A stretch of DNA of 64,000 nucleotides from Candidatus Latescibacterota bacterium (GCA_965204375.1 OZ241986.1:2368001-2432000); one strand, 5' to 3'. Shown: positions 29,293 through 39,564, counted from the first letter of the stretch. The notes: a model not told the origin generated them from the letters alone. A program made the numbers and translations.

Positions 29293-29325
29293 AAAGGGTT
29301 ACGCCATCTCGACGTAACCCTTTTT
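29293..29325 (+). terminator. Intrinsic terminator after the nitrile hydratase operon
   Basis: AAAGGGTTACG-loop-CGTAACCCTTTTT. Confidence 0.8.
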
Positions 29326-29410
29326 AACTATTAACTTTACTGGCGTTGTGCTCAGCGTATGCCTATGCTGTGATCCTTCTCAAATTACGCGCTCTTCTTT
29401 TGATTTTTCC

Positions 29411-29440
29411 ATCTGCGTTCATCTGCGTTCATCTGCGGAT
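29411..29440 (-). repeat. 10-bp x3 array (GAACGCAGAT family), copy 2
   Basis: ATCTGCGTTC ATCTGCGTTC ATCTGCGGAT; 2 bp after the sulfatase stop. Confidence 0.88.
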
Positions 29441-29442
29441 CC

Positions 29443-30882
29443 TCAACGCTCTCGCCCCGACACAAACAAATCATAAGAATTTGACTGCCAGCCACCATCA
29501 TTTACAATCCCATCATTCGTATCTCTCAGCCATTTGACCATCCGATCTTTCATGCGCCTGAGCACATGTTTGTACCCCAACTTCGGAGCCAAATTGTGCA
29601 ACTCCCCGGGATCACTCTCCAGATCGTAGAGTTCATCCTCGCTACACGGATTGTAGATATACTTCCACTTTTGGGTCTGCACCATCCGAATCGTACACAG
29701 CGCAGGCTCGTACCCGTGATGTTCCGCAAAAATATCCTCCCGCCAATCCGACGGCGTCTCTCCGCGCAGCAAGGGCAGCAGAGAACACCCATCGACCTTA
29801 TCGGGAATATCCGCACCCGCCATCTCGAGAAACGTCGGCATCATATCGACCAAACTCACAAAATCATCGCAAACACGATTGGGTTCAACAACACCCGGCC
29901 AACGGATCGCCAATGGAATCTGGTGCGTCTCGTTGTACATATTCATCATCTTATTAAACAAGCGGTGACTGCCCAACATATCGCCGTGATCCGAACTGTA
30001 CACAATCACCGTATTGTCCAACTGCCCCGCCTCTTCTAAAGCATGTAGAACGCGCTGCACCTGATCATCAATAAACGTGCAATATCCCCAATACGTCGCG
30101 ATCACCTTCTGCCAATCGGGCCATGTCAAATGGCTGCCATTCCACCTGAGCATCTCCTTTTGCTGAACACTCGGTTTATCGACAAACTGCTCGTCGAAAT
30201 TGATCCAGCGCTCCACAGTATCGGGATCGTACATCTCATCGTAGGGTTCTGGCACACAATAGGGAAAATGCGGACCAAAAAAACTGCTGCAAATCATAAA
30301 GGGTTTATCGCCCTCACAAAAACCTTCAATCAGATCAATCGTCCTATCGGCAGTCCAGTGCTCCTGCATATACTCGGCGGGCAACTGCGACCGACCGCAA
30401 AAAGGCGCGTCACCCCCCCATTCCATGCGCTGAACCTCCTGAGCATATCCCCAATCAAAACCCGCATCGCGCACACTCTGGTTCCAATCACGCGTCGTAT
30501 GCCACGGGTCAAACCCCCAAAACTCGCTATCGCCCTCCCTGGGCAAATGCCACTTACCCACATAACCGACATTATAACCCGCATCAGATAAAATCTGAGG
30601 ATAGGCGGGCTTATCCAGAATATTTAAATCAAAAGCCCGATTAAAATTACCCATATTCGACATCTGCCCGTGATTGTGTGGAAACATCCCGGTAAGTAAC
30701 GACCCGCGCGCAGGAGAGCAAAGCGCAATGGGCGTATAGGCGCGGCAAAAACGCAGGCCCTCCTGGGCAATGCGATCAATCGCAGGCGTCTTGCACACCG
30801 CATTGCCATTAAATCCCAGCGCATCGTAGCGCTGCATATCGGTAAGCAAAAAAAGGATATTGGGTCTCTCCGTATTCATCAC
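29443..30882 (-). CDS. Sulfatase (formylglycine-dependent, Cys type)
   Basis: PNILFLLTD, CSPARGSLLTG, GKWH, SDHG, ELYDLESDPGE. Confidence 0.96.
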   Translation of the reverse strand: MMNTERPNILFLLTDMQRYDALGFNGNAVCKTPAIDRIAQEGLRFCRAYTPIALCSPARGSLLTGMFPHNHGQMSNMGNFNRAFDLNILDKPAYPQILSDAGYNVGYVGKWHLPREGDSEFWGFDPWHTTRDWNQSVRDAGFDWGYAQEVQRMEWGGDAPFCGRSQLPAEYMQEHWTADRTIDLIEGFCEGDKPFMICSSFFGPHFPYCVPEPYDEMYDPDTVERWINFDEQFVDKPSVQQKEMLRWNGSHLTWPDWQKVIATYWGYCTFIDDQVQRVLHALEEAGQLDNTVIVYSSDHGDMLGSHRLFNKMMNMYNETHQIPLAIRWPGVVEPNRVCDDFVSLVDMMPTFLEMAGADIPDKVDGCSLLPLLRGETPSDWREDIFAEHHGYEPALCTIRMVQTQKWKYIYNPCSEDELYDLESDPGELHNLAPKLGYKHVLRRMKDRMVKWLRDTNDGIVNDGGWQSNSYDLFVSGRER

Positions 30883-30896
30883 ATCAACCTCCTGTG

Positions 30897-32150
30897 TCAG
30901 CGGTCCGATTTACTTCTCCGAAAACAAATCCAAAACATAAACGCCCCCATCCCCGTGAGCACTGCCCCGGTGAGAAAAAGACTCGAATATCCCGCAACCG
31001 GGATCATATACCCACCCCCCAGAGCCATTGCCGAATAGCCTATCCCCGACATCATAGCAGTCGCACCCGACATGGCAGTACGCCAGCGCACGGGCACCAA
31101 CTCCTGGTGAAAAATGGCAAAAGCCGAGCGGCGAAGCGAAGCCATCGCCATAATCCCCACCAGGCAAACACCCGCAACAATCCAATTTGAGACCTGCGCC
31201 ATAAAAAAAAGAAAAACAGCCGTAACAACCGTTACCAGAACCACCGTCCGGCGAATGCCAAAACGCGCAGAAAAAAACGGAAGGGACAGTGCAGCCGGAA
31301 CAGCGAGCAACTGTCCCGCAGCGAGTTGCACACTAATCAGAGAAAGACTAATATTGAGACCTTTATCCATATAGACATTAAAAAATGTACGCGCCGCCGC
31401 TTCGCCAGCAACGTGGAGAACGGAAATCAGAGAAGTAATAACAATAGCCGCAAGTGGAAGCGCAGGCGTATTAGACACATCGCCACTATCCCCCACTTCC
31501 CGCTTGTCCTCAGCCTGAACATCCTGCGTGGCAAGCAGTGCGAAAACCGCCGGAATCAAACATAGCACCCCGATGAACAGCGTATAGCGGTAAACAACCG
31601 GCTGTGCGAGTGAAACACCGAGCACGCCTGCCAGATATTCCGGAACAACGCCCCCCAACATACTCCCGACAAATCCCGAAAAAGGCATCAGCGCGGCCTG
31701 CACGGCAAAAACCGGATCGCGCTCAGCAGGACCAGTAATACCCATCAAATAAGGCGTGCCATTTACAATAAACAGCGCAATACCCATCACACCGAGCGAA
31801 TAAGATATTAAAATAAAATAATCGCGCGTGCCGGAAGAAATCAACTCCGCCTGTGAAAGCAATCCAAAACCCGCCACAGACACACAAATCCCAACAACCA
31901 TCGTAAACCGGCTACCCCAGCGTCCACCCAGCATCCCACTGGGCAAACTGGACAGAGCAAAACAAAGTGCCCCCGTCGCATTTGCCAACCCCACAAACTC
32001 GGTATTATACCCCAGACGCAACAAATAGAGATTGTACAAAAGGGGATAAATACCGCCAAAAAGGACAAAACCAAACAGCGCATTAGCCGTTAAATAAAGG
32101 CGCACATCGCGGGAAAAATGCACATTTGAAAAGAGGATCAGGATTTTCAA
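30897..32150 (-). CDS. MFS transporter
   Basis: About 12 TM helices, YNLYLLRLGY, GMLGGRWGSR motif-A-like; start uncertain. Confidence 0.88.
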   Translation of the reverse strand: MKILILFSNVHFSRDVRLYLTANALFGFVLFGGIYPLLYNLYLLRLGYNTEFVGLANATGALCFALSSLPSGMLGGRWGSRFTMVVGICVSVAGFGLLSQAELISSGTRDYFILISYSLGVMGIALFIVNGTPYLMGITGPAERDPVFAVQAALMPFSGFVGSMLGGVVPEYLAGVLGVSLAQPVVYRYTLFIGVLCLIPAVFALLATQDVQAEDKREVGDSGDVSNTPALPLAAIVITSLISVLHVAGEAAARTFFNVYMDKGLNISLSLISVQLAAGQLLAVPAALSLPFFSARFGIRRTVVLVTVVTAVFLFFMAQVSNWIVAGVCLVGIMAMASLRRSAFAIFHQELVPVRWRTAMSGATAMMSGIGYSAMALGGGYMIPVAGYSSLFLTGAVLTGMGAFMFWICFRRSKSDR

Positions 32151-32276
32151 GATGAAAGGATTCTCAGGATAATAGGGTTAGTGGTCAGCGAAACAAGCGA
32201 TCAGCGGTCAGCTATCAGACCACCCAACCAGCCCCTCGCCTTTTTCATCTGCGTTTATCTGCGTTCATCTGTGGTT
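32139..32276. repeat. Composite repeat: 9-mer (CAGGATTTT), 7-mer (TCAGCGR), core CCACCCAAC, 10-mer x3 (copy 3)
   Basis: CAGGATTTT CAAGATGAA AGGATTCT CAGGAT; GTCAGCG..ATCAGCG GTCAGCT ATCAG; ATCTGCGTTT ATCTGCGTTC ATCTGTGGTT (32247-32276). Confidence 0.8.
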
Positions 32277-33471
32277 GCTTTTTCCATGCCGCGGGCAGAT
32301 CGCCTTGCAGGAGTTCGCTTTGTATGCGGATATGTGCGGTATCTCGATCTGCTGCATGTGCGGCCCAAAAAGAGCTATCTCGCGTGGTCGCCTCTGGAAG
32401 AATCACAATTTCCGGTCCTTCAAAAATTGCGGGGGGCAAATCCGTATTGAGATCATAGCGATAGCAACGCGTTGTCGCCTGCGCGGTATAATCGCGTGTC
32501 TTAATCGTGCAAATTTGACGTTCGAGCAACCAGTACTCATTGAGATATCGCGTATTTTGTTGATAAACCTGCCAGTGATCTATGCCGCGCAATTGCAAGA
32601 GCGCGGGAAAATTGAGACGCAGATCATACCCCACAAGCGAAAAATCATCGCGGGCGATCCACAAATCGCCGAGCAGACCCGGCTTGTGCCCGTGCCGCGG
32701 CGACACACCAATGCGCGAAACGTGGAGATCGCCCACCTGCACTGTGGAAATGCGTTCATAGTGGTAGTGTTCAAGCGCGTCGGGAGATAGCGGATGCGGC
32801 GCAATTTCAAAAGATTTATCATCTACAATACCCCGCGCAGGACTTTGCGTAAGCCCCGGAGAAACACTCAACCGCCATCTGCCCCAATTGCGTATGCCCG
32901 TAATATGCTGCGCGAGACTATCGGGGGATTGGTGATAGCCTTTAATCGTGTATTCAATACCCGCAACAATTTCTTCTGTTTTGCGGTTAATCACCTTCTG
33001 GCTACTGTACGCATCAAATGCATAAGTATCCATATTTGCATAACCAGTGTGGAGATATTCAAAGCGGGTATTTGCGATCAAATGACGGACCAGATCGGTC
33101 GCAGAGTGCTCCTGCACTGTAGTTTCCTCGCGCAGGAGGACAGGGGCGGGTAAAAGTAAAAGTTCCAGCGTGGAGATCAAGCCGCGCGAAAGCACAAGCG
33201 TTGTATCCGATGGGGCATATCCCTGGCGACGTGCCTGGACGTGTGTGATCCCCGGCGCGAGTCCTTCTATCTCAATGCGCCCGTGTAGATCGGTAATGTA
33301 AACGCGGGGAAATTCGTCTGGTCGGCGGAGAACAACAGTGACGTAGGGCAGGCTTGCATCGGTATCGGCATCGCGACACTGCGCGTGAAGAACAGATGTC
33401 GAATCAGTCTGTGCAGACGAGATTGAGGGCCAGAGAAAAGCAGAAAAAAAAAGCGGCAAAAAGCGGATCAT
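32245..33471 (-). CDS. Secreted protein with carboxypeptidase-regulatory-like domain and DUF5686-like region
   Basis: Signal peptide, DADTDASLPYVTV...TDLHG...GY, HPLSPDALEHYHY, GDLWI, RDSSFW. Confidence 0.7.
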   Translation of the reverse strand: MIRFLPLFFSAFLWPSISSAQTDSTSVLHAQCRDADTDASLPYVTVVLRRPDEFPRVYITDLHGRIEIEGLAPGITHVQARRQGYAPSDTTLVLSRGLISTLELLLLPAPVLLREETTVQEHSATDLVRHLIANTRFEYLHTGYANMDTYAFDAYSSQKVINRKTEEIVAGIEYTIKGYHQSPDSLAQHITGIRNWGRWRLSVSPGLTQSPARGIVDDKSFEIAPHPLSPDALEHYHYERISTVQVGDLHVSRIGVSPRHGHKPGLLGDLWIARDDFSLVGYDLRLNFPALLQLRGIDHWQVYQQNTRYLNEYWLLERQICTIKTRDYTAQATTRCYRYDLNTDLPPAIFEGPEIVILPEATTRDSSFWAAHAADRDTAHIRIQSELLQGDLPAAWKKQPQMNADKRR

Positions 33472-34559
33472 TGTTTTTTGCCGCGCGCGAGAATATCCCA
33501 CACAACTTCGACGCGGTCATTGCGCGTGCCGTAAATTTGATCGTGCAAAAATACGGTCATGTCGGAATATCCGGAAATAAATTGAATTTTATCGCCAATT
33601 TTTAAATCGCTATTCGTCAGGCTGAGTAAAGCGTGTTCTGCCGCCAGGCCGGTTACGACAACATCTGTGCGATCTTTGACCTCGGGCAATGAGGGATGGC
33701 TACTCGTCGTCTTGCGACCGGCATCGGCAACTGCGCGGTCGGGAGCCGCGCGACTAATAACCGTGGTCAGCACGAAAAGCGCGTGTTCCAAACCGCGAAC
33801 ATGGAGTCCGTCGCGATAATAAGTATCCATAAAAATGCCCCCGCCAGCCTGTATCTCAGTAATGCCGGGAAAATCGGGAGTAAACGCGAGCGTACCCGTG
33901 CCGCCCGCACTGACAATACCGACGCGCAACCCCACATTCTCAATGAGATTGCGCGTCTTTGACAGTTCCCCTACCGCCTTCTTGCAGGCGGCTTCTTTGG
34001 CGGCATCATCCAGAGACATTGCATGGCCCTCGTAACCCATAATCCCCGCAAAAACCACACCGGGCGCGGCATCAGCTTGCTGTGCCAGCGCGAGGGTCGG
34101 AGCACCCGGCGGCACACCACAGCGTTTCATGCCGACATCTACTTCGATAAGCACGCGCACGTTGACGCCAACATCTGTGGCCGCGTCACTTATCGCTCGG
34201 ATATGAACGGGGTCGTCAACCGCCACCATAACATCGGCGCGGCGGCGCAGGTTAACCAGACGCGCGACTTTTTCTCGCCCGACAACTTGATTGGCGATAA
34301 GTATGTCCGAAATGCCGGCATCGGCCAGCACCTCGGCTTCACCGAGTTTGGCACAGGTAATGCCAATAGCACCTGCGCACAATTGTTTGTGGGCAATAGC
34401 GGGCGTTTTGTGGCCCTTGGCATGGGGCCGCCAGTGCAACCCGCTGTCTCGGCATCGAGCCGCCATCTTCTGGATATTATTTTCCATCTTATCCAGATCA
34501 ATGAGCAGCGCGGGCGTATCGAGTGCCTGTATAGATTGACCAATAGGAGAATAGGGCAT
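33468..34559 (-). CDS. DSD1 / D-threonine aldolase family PLP enzyme (fold III)
   Basis: LDTPALLID, RPHAKGHK, EVDVGMKRCG, GIMGYEGH, SAGGTGT, EIQAG, DAGRK. Confidence 0.92.
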   Translation of the reverse strand: MPYSPIGQSIQALDTPALLIDLDKMENNIQKMAARCRDSGLHWRPHAKGHKTPAIAHKQLCAGAIGITCAKLGEAEVLADAGISDILIANQVVGREKVARLVNLRRRADVMVAVDDPVHIRAISDAATDVGVNVRVLIEVDVGMKRCGVPPGAPTLALAQQADAAPGVVFAGIMGYEGHAMSLDDAAKEAACKKAVGELSKTRNLIENVGLRVGIVSAGGTGTLAFTPDFPGITEIQAGGGIFMDTYYRDGLHVRGLEHALFVLTTVISRAAPDRAVADAGRKTTSSHPSLPEVKDRTDVVVTGLAAEHALLSLTNSDLKIGDKIQFISGYSDMTVFLHDQIYGTRNDRVEVVWDILARGKKQ

Positions 34560-34570
34560 GATGAACCTTA

Positions 34571-34665
34571 CAAGTAAGAAGTGGGAAGTAAGAAGTGAGA
34601 AGACCTCCCAACACCGCCCCAAAGCGGTTGCCTTTTCACACTTCACATTTCACACTTCACATTTC
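34571..34665 (-). repeat. Heptamer-armed element, copy 2
   Basis: Minus strand, directly after the mdh stop: (GAARTGT)4 - AAGGCAACCGCTTTGGGGCGGTGTTGGGAGG - (CTTCTYA)n. Confidence 0.88.
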
Positions 34666-35676
34666 TCAAAGATGAACATTGCTATCCCGCCACTCAGAAA
34701 GCGGGGGCAAGATACCGTCGCCAATAGTCTGGTCTCGCAACGCAGTCAGATGGGCGTAGGATTCGCGCAGGGCATTGATATCGTCTTCAGTGCCTTCGGG
34801 CATGGACCAGTTCACGCCCGACGCAGACAGGGTCACGGGCATAGCCATCATAATATGATCAAATTCGCCATCATTGAGATATGCACCGCAGGGCCAATCA
34901 TAAGACTCGCCCACCAGAACGCCGCGCAGCATAAAAACGCTTTGTTGTGCCGGCGACTGAAACGAAGAGCGGCCGCGCAGATCGATAATGCGAGCACCAC
35001 CCCCGCGCACGTGATCTTGAACACCCGCCCATTCATCGGCACTCATACCAACGCCATTAACTGTCTCTCCATTGAGGATATCGGTGAGAGGCGTACCGTC
35101 AATCTGAATACCGCCGATAAACACGGCCATCTGTTCGCCGTGCCCCCCGTACGTGCGGCAACCTGTAACTTTACTTTGCAAAATGTCGAAATGTTGTGCC
35201 AGTCGGGTTTGCAAGCGCGTGCTATCGAGCGCGGCGAGAGTCGTCACGCGCCCGGGTTCGAGTCCCGAATGTACCAGCGTGGTCAACCCCGTAATGTCAG
35301 CCGGATTAAAAATAATGATAACAAACTTACAGTTGGAACAATACTGTTTAATATCAAGACCGAGTTGTTTGGCAATTTCTGCATTGTCGCGCCGCAAGTC
35401 TTCGCGTGTCATGCCTTCTTTGCGCGGCGCACCCCCGGAACTGATGACATAAGAAGCTCCGTCAAGTGCTTTGGCAGCATCGGTTGTCCAGGTAACATCG
35501 GCATTGGGAAAACCGCAGTGATAAACCTCCTCGGCCGCGCCTTCAAGCCCCGGCGCAAAAGGATCGTACATAGATACGCGAGACGCCGTGCCCGAAGACA
35601 AGAGCGTTTGCGCAAGGTTAGAACCAATGGCGCCTGCTGCGCCCATTACAGCAACTTTTTCATCTGTCAGGTACAT
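34666..35676 (-). CDS. mdh: Malate dehydrogenase (LDH/MDH family)
   Basis: GAAGAIG, GAPRKEGMTREDL (Arg specificity residue), NPAD, LDSTR, GGHGE. Confidence 0.9.
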   Translation of the reverse strand: MYLTDEKVAVMGAAGAIGSNLAQTLLSSGTASRVSMYDPFAPGLEGAAEEVYHCGFPNADVTWTTDAAKALDGASYVISSGGAPRKEGMTREDLRRDNAEIAKQLGLDIKQYCSNCKFVIIIFNPADITGLTTLVHSGLEPGRVTTLAALDSTRLQTRLAQHFDILQSKVTGCRTYGGHGEQMAVFIGGIQIDGTPLTDILNGETVNGVGMSADEWAGVQDHVRGGGARIIDLRGRSSFQSPAQQSVFMLRGVLVGESYDWPCGAYLNDGEFDHIMMAMPVTLSASGVNWSMPEGTEDDINALRESYAHLTALRDQTIGDGILPPLSEWRDSNVHL

Positions 35677-35707
35677 CGATACTCCTCTTTCAGGTGAATG
35701 GATGGAG

Positions 35708-35735
35708 AAAACCCCGCACTTTTGTACGGGGTTTT
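35708..35735 (-). terminator. Hairpin terminator downstream of the TPR gene
   Basis: AAAACCCCG...CGGGGTTTT. Confidence 0.7.
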
Positions 35736-35800
35736 GATGGTTGAATTGTTTATCTAAATACCCACTGTGGTTAGAACGAAACGCGACAGATCTATTACTC

Positions 35801-36982
35801 CTAATTCTGACTCTGAAGCGCCTCGTACATCTGAAATGCCTCAGTTGCTTTTTTTACACATTCTGCGGCAACATCGCCTTCTGAGACTTCGGATTTGCGC
35901 GCATAAACGCGAGATAACGCCGCCCATGCTCTGGCATTACTCGCTTGCAACTCGGTCACTTTTGTAAAAGCGTCAATAGCCCTGTCATAAGAATCTATTT
36001 TATCTGCGAGCAGGCCAAGCTGGTACCACGCATCGGCGTCAGTCGGATTTGCTTCAACGCTTTTTGCAAACAGATCGAGTGCTTTATCGCCTTTGTCGAG
36101 TTGCTTATACGCAATAGCGAGATTGAACAGCGCGTCCATATTATCGGGCTGTATCTCAACCACTTTTTCGAGAATTTCGGCAGATTTTTCGTAGTTCTCG
36201 GCCTGCAAATAAATGGTTGCGGCAATATTTAAAATTTTTGGATCATCACCGGCAATAGCCAGTGCTTTCTCCGCTGAATCCGCCGCGCCTTCTTTGTCGC
36301 CCAGTCGGTATTGGGCAATCGACATGTGCTGCAAAATATTGATTTCTTCGGGATCAATCGCGTGGCCCTTTTTGAACATCTCAAGAGCTTCTTCAATCCG
36401 TTCGACATTCATAAGCGCGCCGCCCAGATTGAAAAAGGACTGCGCTTTTTTGGGATTGAGCTCAATCGCTTTTTGATACATCTCAATACCCGCTTCTGAA
36501 TTGCCCGAATTGAGATGCGTAATAGCCAGCCCTTCATAAGCATCGGCTTCATTGGGATTAATCGTAATGGCGAGATCGAATTGCTCAATGGCAAAATCAA
36601 ACCTCTGGGCATTCATTCCCTTGACGGCCATGTTGTAATACCGCGTCCAGAGCTCTTTGCGATCAGCATCGACTTTCCTTTTCCACTTTCTGTCCGTTGC
36701 CAGATTATAGTGTTCATTCATCTCTTCAAAAAGCTCTTTCTGGCCGTAGAGCCAACCCAAATAATACTGCACCTCGGAATCGTCGGGACGTCCTTCCGCC
36801 GCGATCTGATACTGCTCCATCGCCTTATCGTATTGGCGCTGGTTGATATACAGCTTGCCCGAGCGTTTGGCTACTGAAGCCTGTCCTTTGGTCACTTTTG
36901 CCTCTGCGGTCTGTACGAATAATGGGGCCGCAGCAAAGGCCAGTGCAAGGACAACAATAAATCCGCGCTTAAAAAATGTCAT
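35801..36982 (-). CDS. Secreted tetratricopeptide repeat protein
   Basis: Signal peptide ending AEA; multiple 34-aa TPRs (AIELNP..AQSFFNLG). Confidence 0.92.
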   Translation of the reverse strand: MTFFKRGFIVVLALAFAAAPLFVQTAEAKVTKGQASVAKRSGKLYINQRQYDKAMEQYQIAAEGRPDDSEVQYYLGWLYGQKELFEEMNEHYNLATDRKWKRKVDADRKELWTRYYNMAVKGMNAQRFDFAIEQFDLAITINPNEADAYEGLAITHLNSGNSEAGIEMYQKAIELNPKKAQSFFNLGGALMNVERIEEALEMFKKGHAIDPEEINILQHMSIAQYRLGDKEGAADSAEKALAIAGDDPKILNIAATIYLQAENYEKSAEILEKVVEIQPDNMDALFNLAIAYKQLDKGDKALDLFAKSVEANPTDADAWYQLGLLADKIDSYDRAIDAFTKVTELQASNARAWAALSRVYARKSEVSEGDVAAECVKKATEAFQMYEALQSQN

Positions 36983-37118
36983 GGGAATTTTCCTTTCTCA
37001 ACGCAACCGGCGCGTTCCGGCAGCAGGTTAAATGACAATGTACGCTGCCAATATATGCAGTGTGCAAAATCCTGTCAAGTCTCTGCGCGAAGGCGCGAAC
37101 TGCACACCGCTATTGCCC

Positions 37119-37304
37119 TTATTGTTCCGACAGAAGCGTGCCGCCTCTCGCCCAGTGGTCGCGGGGAATATCTTCAATAACAACCATCGTGCCATCGGCT
37201 TTGGCATTGCAAATATTGACCATCGCATCGGTGATAGCTCTGGCGAGTTCGCGTTTTTGCTCGTGCGTGCGGCCTTCGAGCATTTTAACATTAATGAAAG
37301 GCAT
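37119..37304 (-). CDS. 4-oxalocrotonate tautomerase family protein
   Basis: MPFINVKMLEGRTHEQKREL...WARGG; catalytic Pro1. Confidence 0.95.
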   Translation of the reverse strand: MPFINVKMLEGRTHEQKRELARAITDAMVNICNAKADGTMVVIEDIPRDHWARGGTLLSEQ

Positions 37305-37315
37305 TATACCTCCTT

Positions 37316-38650
37316 TTAAAAAATAATCAGTTCTGGACTTTGCAACCTGGGGATCGCGGGTTTGGATGCGCCAAAGGAAAAAGCAACCGGCAGGCTAAAG
37401 CCGCGGATAGTACCCAGAGTTCTATTATTTTCAAGATCGACAATAAAGACCTGCAAATTACCCGTTGTAGCAAAAGCGTCGAGTCTTTCGACTCCGGCGA
37501 CGTACACAGTCTTACCATCGGGTGTGAGACCGATACTGGCCACACTTTCACCGACAAAAATCTCGGCTGTTTGCCTCCAGGTTTGTGTATCGATAACCAC
37601 AATACCGCCCCAGAACGCGGGCACGGAATTGCCCAATGCATCAAAACCAAAAAAGAAACGACCGAGAGAGGCGACAAGGCGCGTGCCATCGGCGGAAAGC
37701 GCGATATCGCGGACTTCAACGCCCAGATCATTGGCCTGACCGAGTGTGAGACTATCCGCAATCGCTCTGGTACTGGTATTAACTTTGAGCACGCGGCCCG
37801 CGCGGGTATTATTGAGATAAAGGCTTTGTCCATCGGGCGAAACAGCCAATCGACTAACGGTTTGGCCCACAGAGATACTGTCGATCAGCGCTGGAATACC
37901 CGTATCAATAACAGACACGGCATTTGTCTCATTGCCGTGCCCAACGTAGAGGCGCGTGCCATCGTGCGAGATGGCAATACCGCTGGGCGTGAGCGGAACA
38001 TCGATGATGCCCAGAGACTGTCCGAACAGCACATCAAAGACTTCGACTGCCGCACCGGATTCTTCGGTCACGTATGCAAACTGGTGATCGGGTGAAAGCG
38101 CAATGCGAAACCCGCCTCGACTCGTGAATGCGCCGCCGGGTGCGATTGGCATTTCGAGCGAGAGTTGAAAGTCGGGCGTTCCATCTTCAGTAAATGCGTG
38201 AAAGGTATCGGTAGCAGCCACATAAAGCCGCTTATTGACATTGGAAAACGCGACACCCCGCGGAAAAGAGACGGGAATCGTCCGGTTAGGGTCGAGCAAA
38301 TTGGTCGAAATGTCAATAACGTGAATACTGCCAATCAAATCGCTAATATAAAGAAACCGAGGCTCAGGTTCTGCAGGTGGAGGTGGAGTCGTCGGACTTG
38401 AAGACCCGCCAAAAGCATTGACAAAAAGCAGAAAATCCGAAAAATCGATTGTACCATTGCCGTCGAGATCGAGTTTTTCATTGAAATCATCCTGACCGAC
38501 AGACTTGCCAAAACCCTGAGCAAACGCCAGAAAGTCAGTGAAATCAACAGTGCCATTACCATCAAAATCTGCCGACTTTGTTTCCTGGGCATTGAGCAAT
38601 GGGGCTGCTAAAATTAGTGTGAGAGACAATACAATCGCGGTATATTTCAT
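37316..38650 (-). CDS. Secreted dockerin/EF-hand-like domain plus YVTN/YncE beta-propeller protein
   Basis: DFDGNGTVDFTDFLAF and DLDGNGTIDFSDFLLF, Pro-rich linker, repeated SPDG..LYV blades. Confidence 0.85.
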   Translation of the reverse strand: MKYTAIVLSLTLILAAPLLNAQETKSADFDGNGTVDFTDFLAFAQGFGKSVGQDDFNEKLDLDGNGTIDFSDFLLFVNAFGGSSSPTTPPPPAEPEPRFLYISDLIGSIHVIDISTNLLDPNRTIPVSFPRGVAFSNVNKRLYVAATDTFHAFTEDGTPDFQLSLEMPIAPGGAFTSRGGFRIALSPDHQFAYVTEESGAAVEVFDVLFGQSLGIIDVPLTPSGIAISHDGTRLYVGHGNETNAVSVIDTGIPALIDSISVGQTVSRLAVSPDGQSLYLNNTRAGRVLKVNTSTRAIADSLTLGQANDLGVEVRDIALSADGTRLVASLGRFFFGFDALGNSVPAFWGGIVVIDTQTWRQTAEIFVGESVASIGLTPDGKTVYVAGVERLDAFATTGNLQVFIVDLENNRTLGTIRGFSLPVAFSFGASKPAIPRLQSPELIIF

Positions 38651-38778
38651 AACATTTCCTTTTTTGAGAATACTTTATGATACATTTCACCGTTGAGGCT
38701 GTCAATCTGAATTGATTACATTTTGGGACGTTTCCCATTTGCTTATAGTTCCCAGTTCTGAATAAAATAGGAGATATT

Positions 38779-39564
38779 GTGTTACCCGATTATCCAATGA
38801 TTTTTTGGATTCTGGCTGTCATTTCTGTAATTTTTGTCGGTATAGCCAAAGCCGGGTTTGGCGGAGGCGTTGGCATTTTGGCAACGCCACTCATGGCACT
38901 TGTCATTCCCGTAGCAGATTCGGCGGCGATTTTGTTGCCACTCTTAATGGTTTGCGATGTATTTGCCGTTGCACACTACCGCAAGCATTTTCATCGGCGC
39001 AGTGTAAAATTGCTCTTGCCCGGTGCTGCAATCGGGATCGGTATAGGAGCATTATTCTTTGGATATTTCAGCGCGAATGAGCGCGTATTGCAACTCGGTT
39101 TGGGGATTTTGAGTTTATTCTTTGTGGTATTCCAGGCTTTGCGCGCAGTGATTACGGGCGCACTTACAAAGCGACACCCACACAGTGCAGAAGGCGTTTT
39201 CATGGGCGCAATAGCGGGCTTTACATCAACCATCGCACATGCCGGCGGTCCCCCCACAACCATCTATTTGCTTCCCCAAAAACTGCCCCGCGACCTCTTT
39301 GTGGGAACAACCGTAATTCTTTTTGCAGCGATCAATCAAATGAAATTAATTCCCTATTTGGGATTGGATATTTTGCGAGCCGAACATCTCGTCACAATCG
39401 CAATCCTATCCCCATTGAGCTACGCGGGCGTGAGATTGGGCATTTTCTTGAACAAGCGTTTCACAGACCACTGGTTTAATCTAATCGTCTATTCAATTCT
39501 ATTTATCGCAGGCGTGCAGTTGATTTCGGGCAAAAACTTAATTCAGTTGTTAGGCATTGTGTAA
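38779..39564 (+). CDS. TauE/SafE (TSUP) family exporter
   Basis: KAGFGGG, LLPLLMVCD, GFTSTIAHAGGPP. Confidence 0.92.
   Translation: MLPDYPMIFWILAVISVIFVGIAKAGFGGGVGILATPLMALVIPVADSAAILLPLLMVCDVFAVAHYRKHFHRRSVKLLLPGAAIGIGIGALFFGYFSANERVLQLGLGILSLFFVVFQALRAVITGALTKRHPHSAEGVFMGAIAGFTSTIAHAGGPPTTIYLLPQKLPRDLFVGTTVILFAAINQMKLIPYLGLDILRAEHLVTIAILSPLSYAGVRLGIFLNKRFTDHWFNLIVYSILFIAGVQLISGKNLIQLLGIV

Noticed and set aside
34558-35697. 379-aa plus-strand ORF, and the 34560-34646 N-terminal extension of the PLP enzyme
   Set aside because: The first is antisense to mdh; the extension merely reads through the heptamer element.
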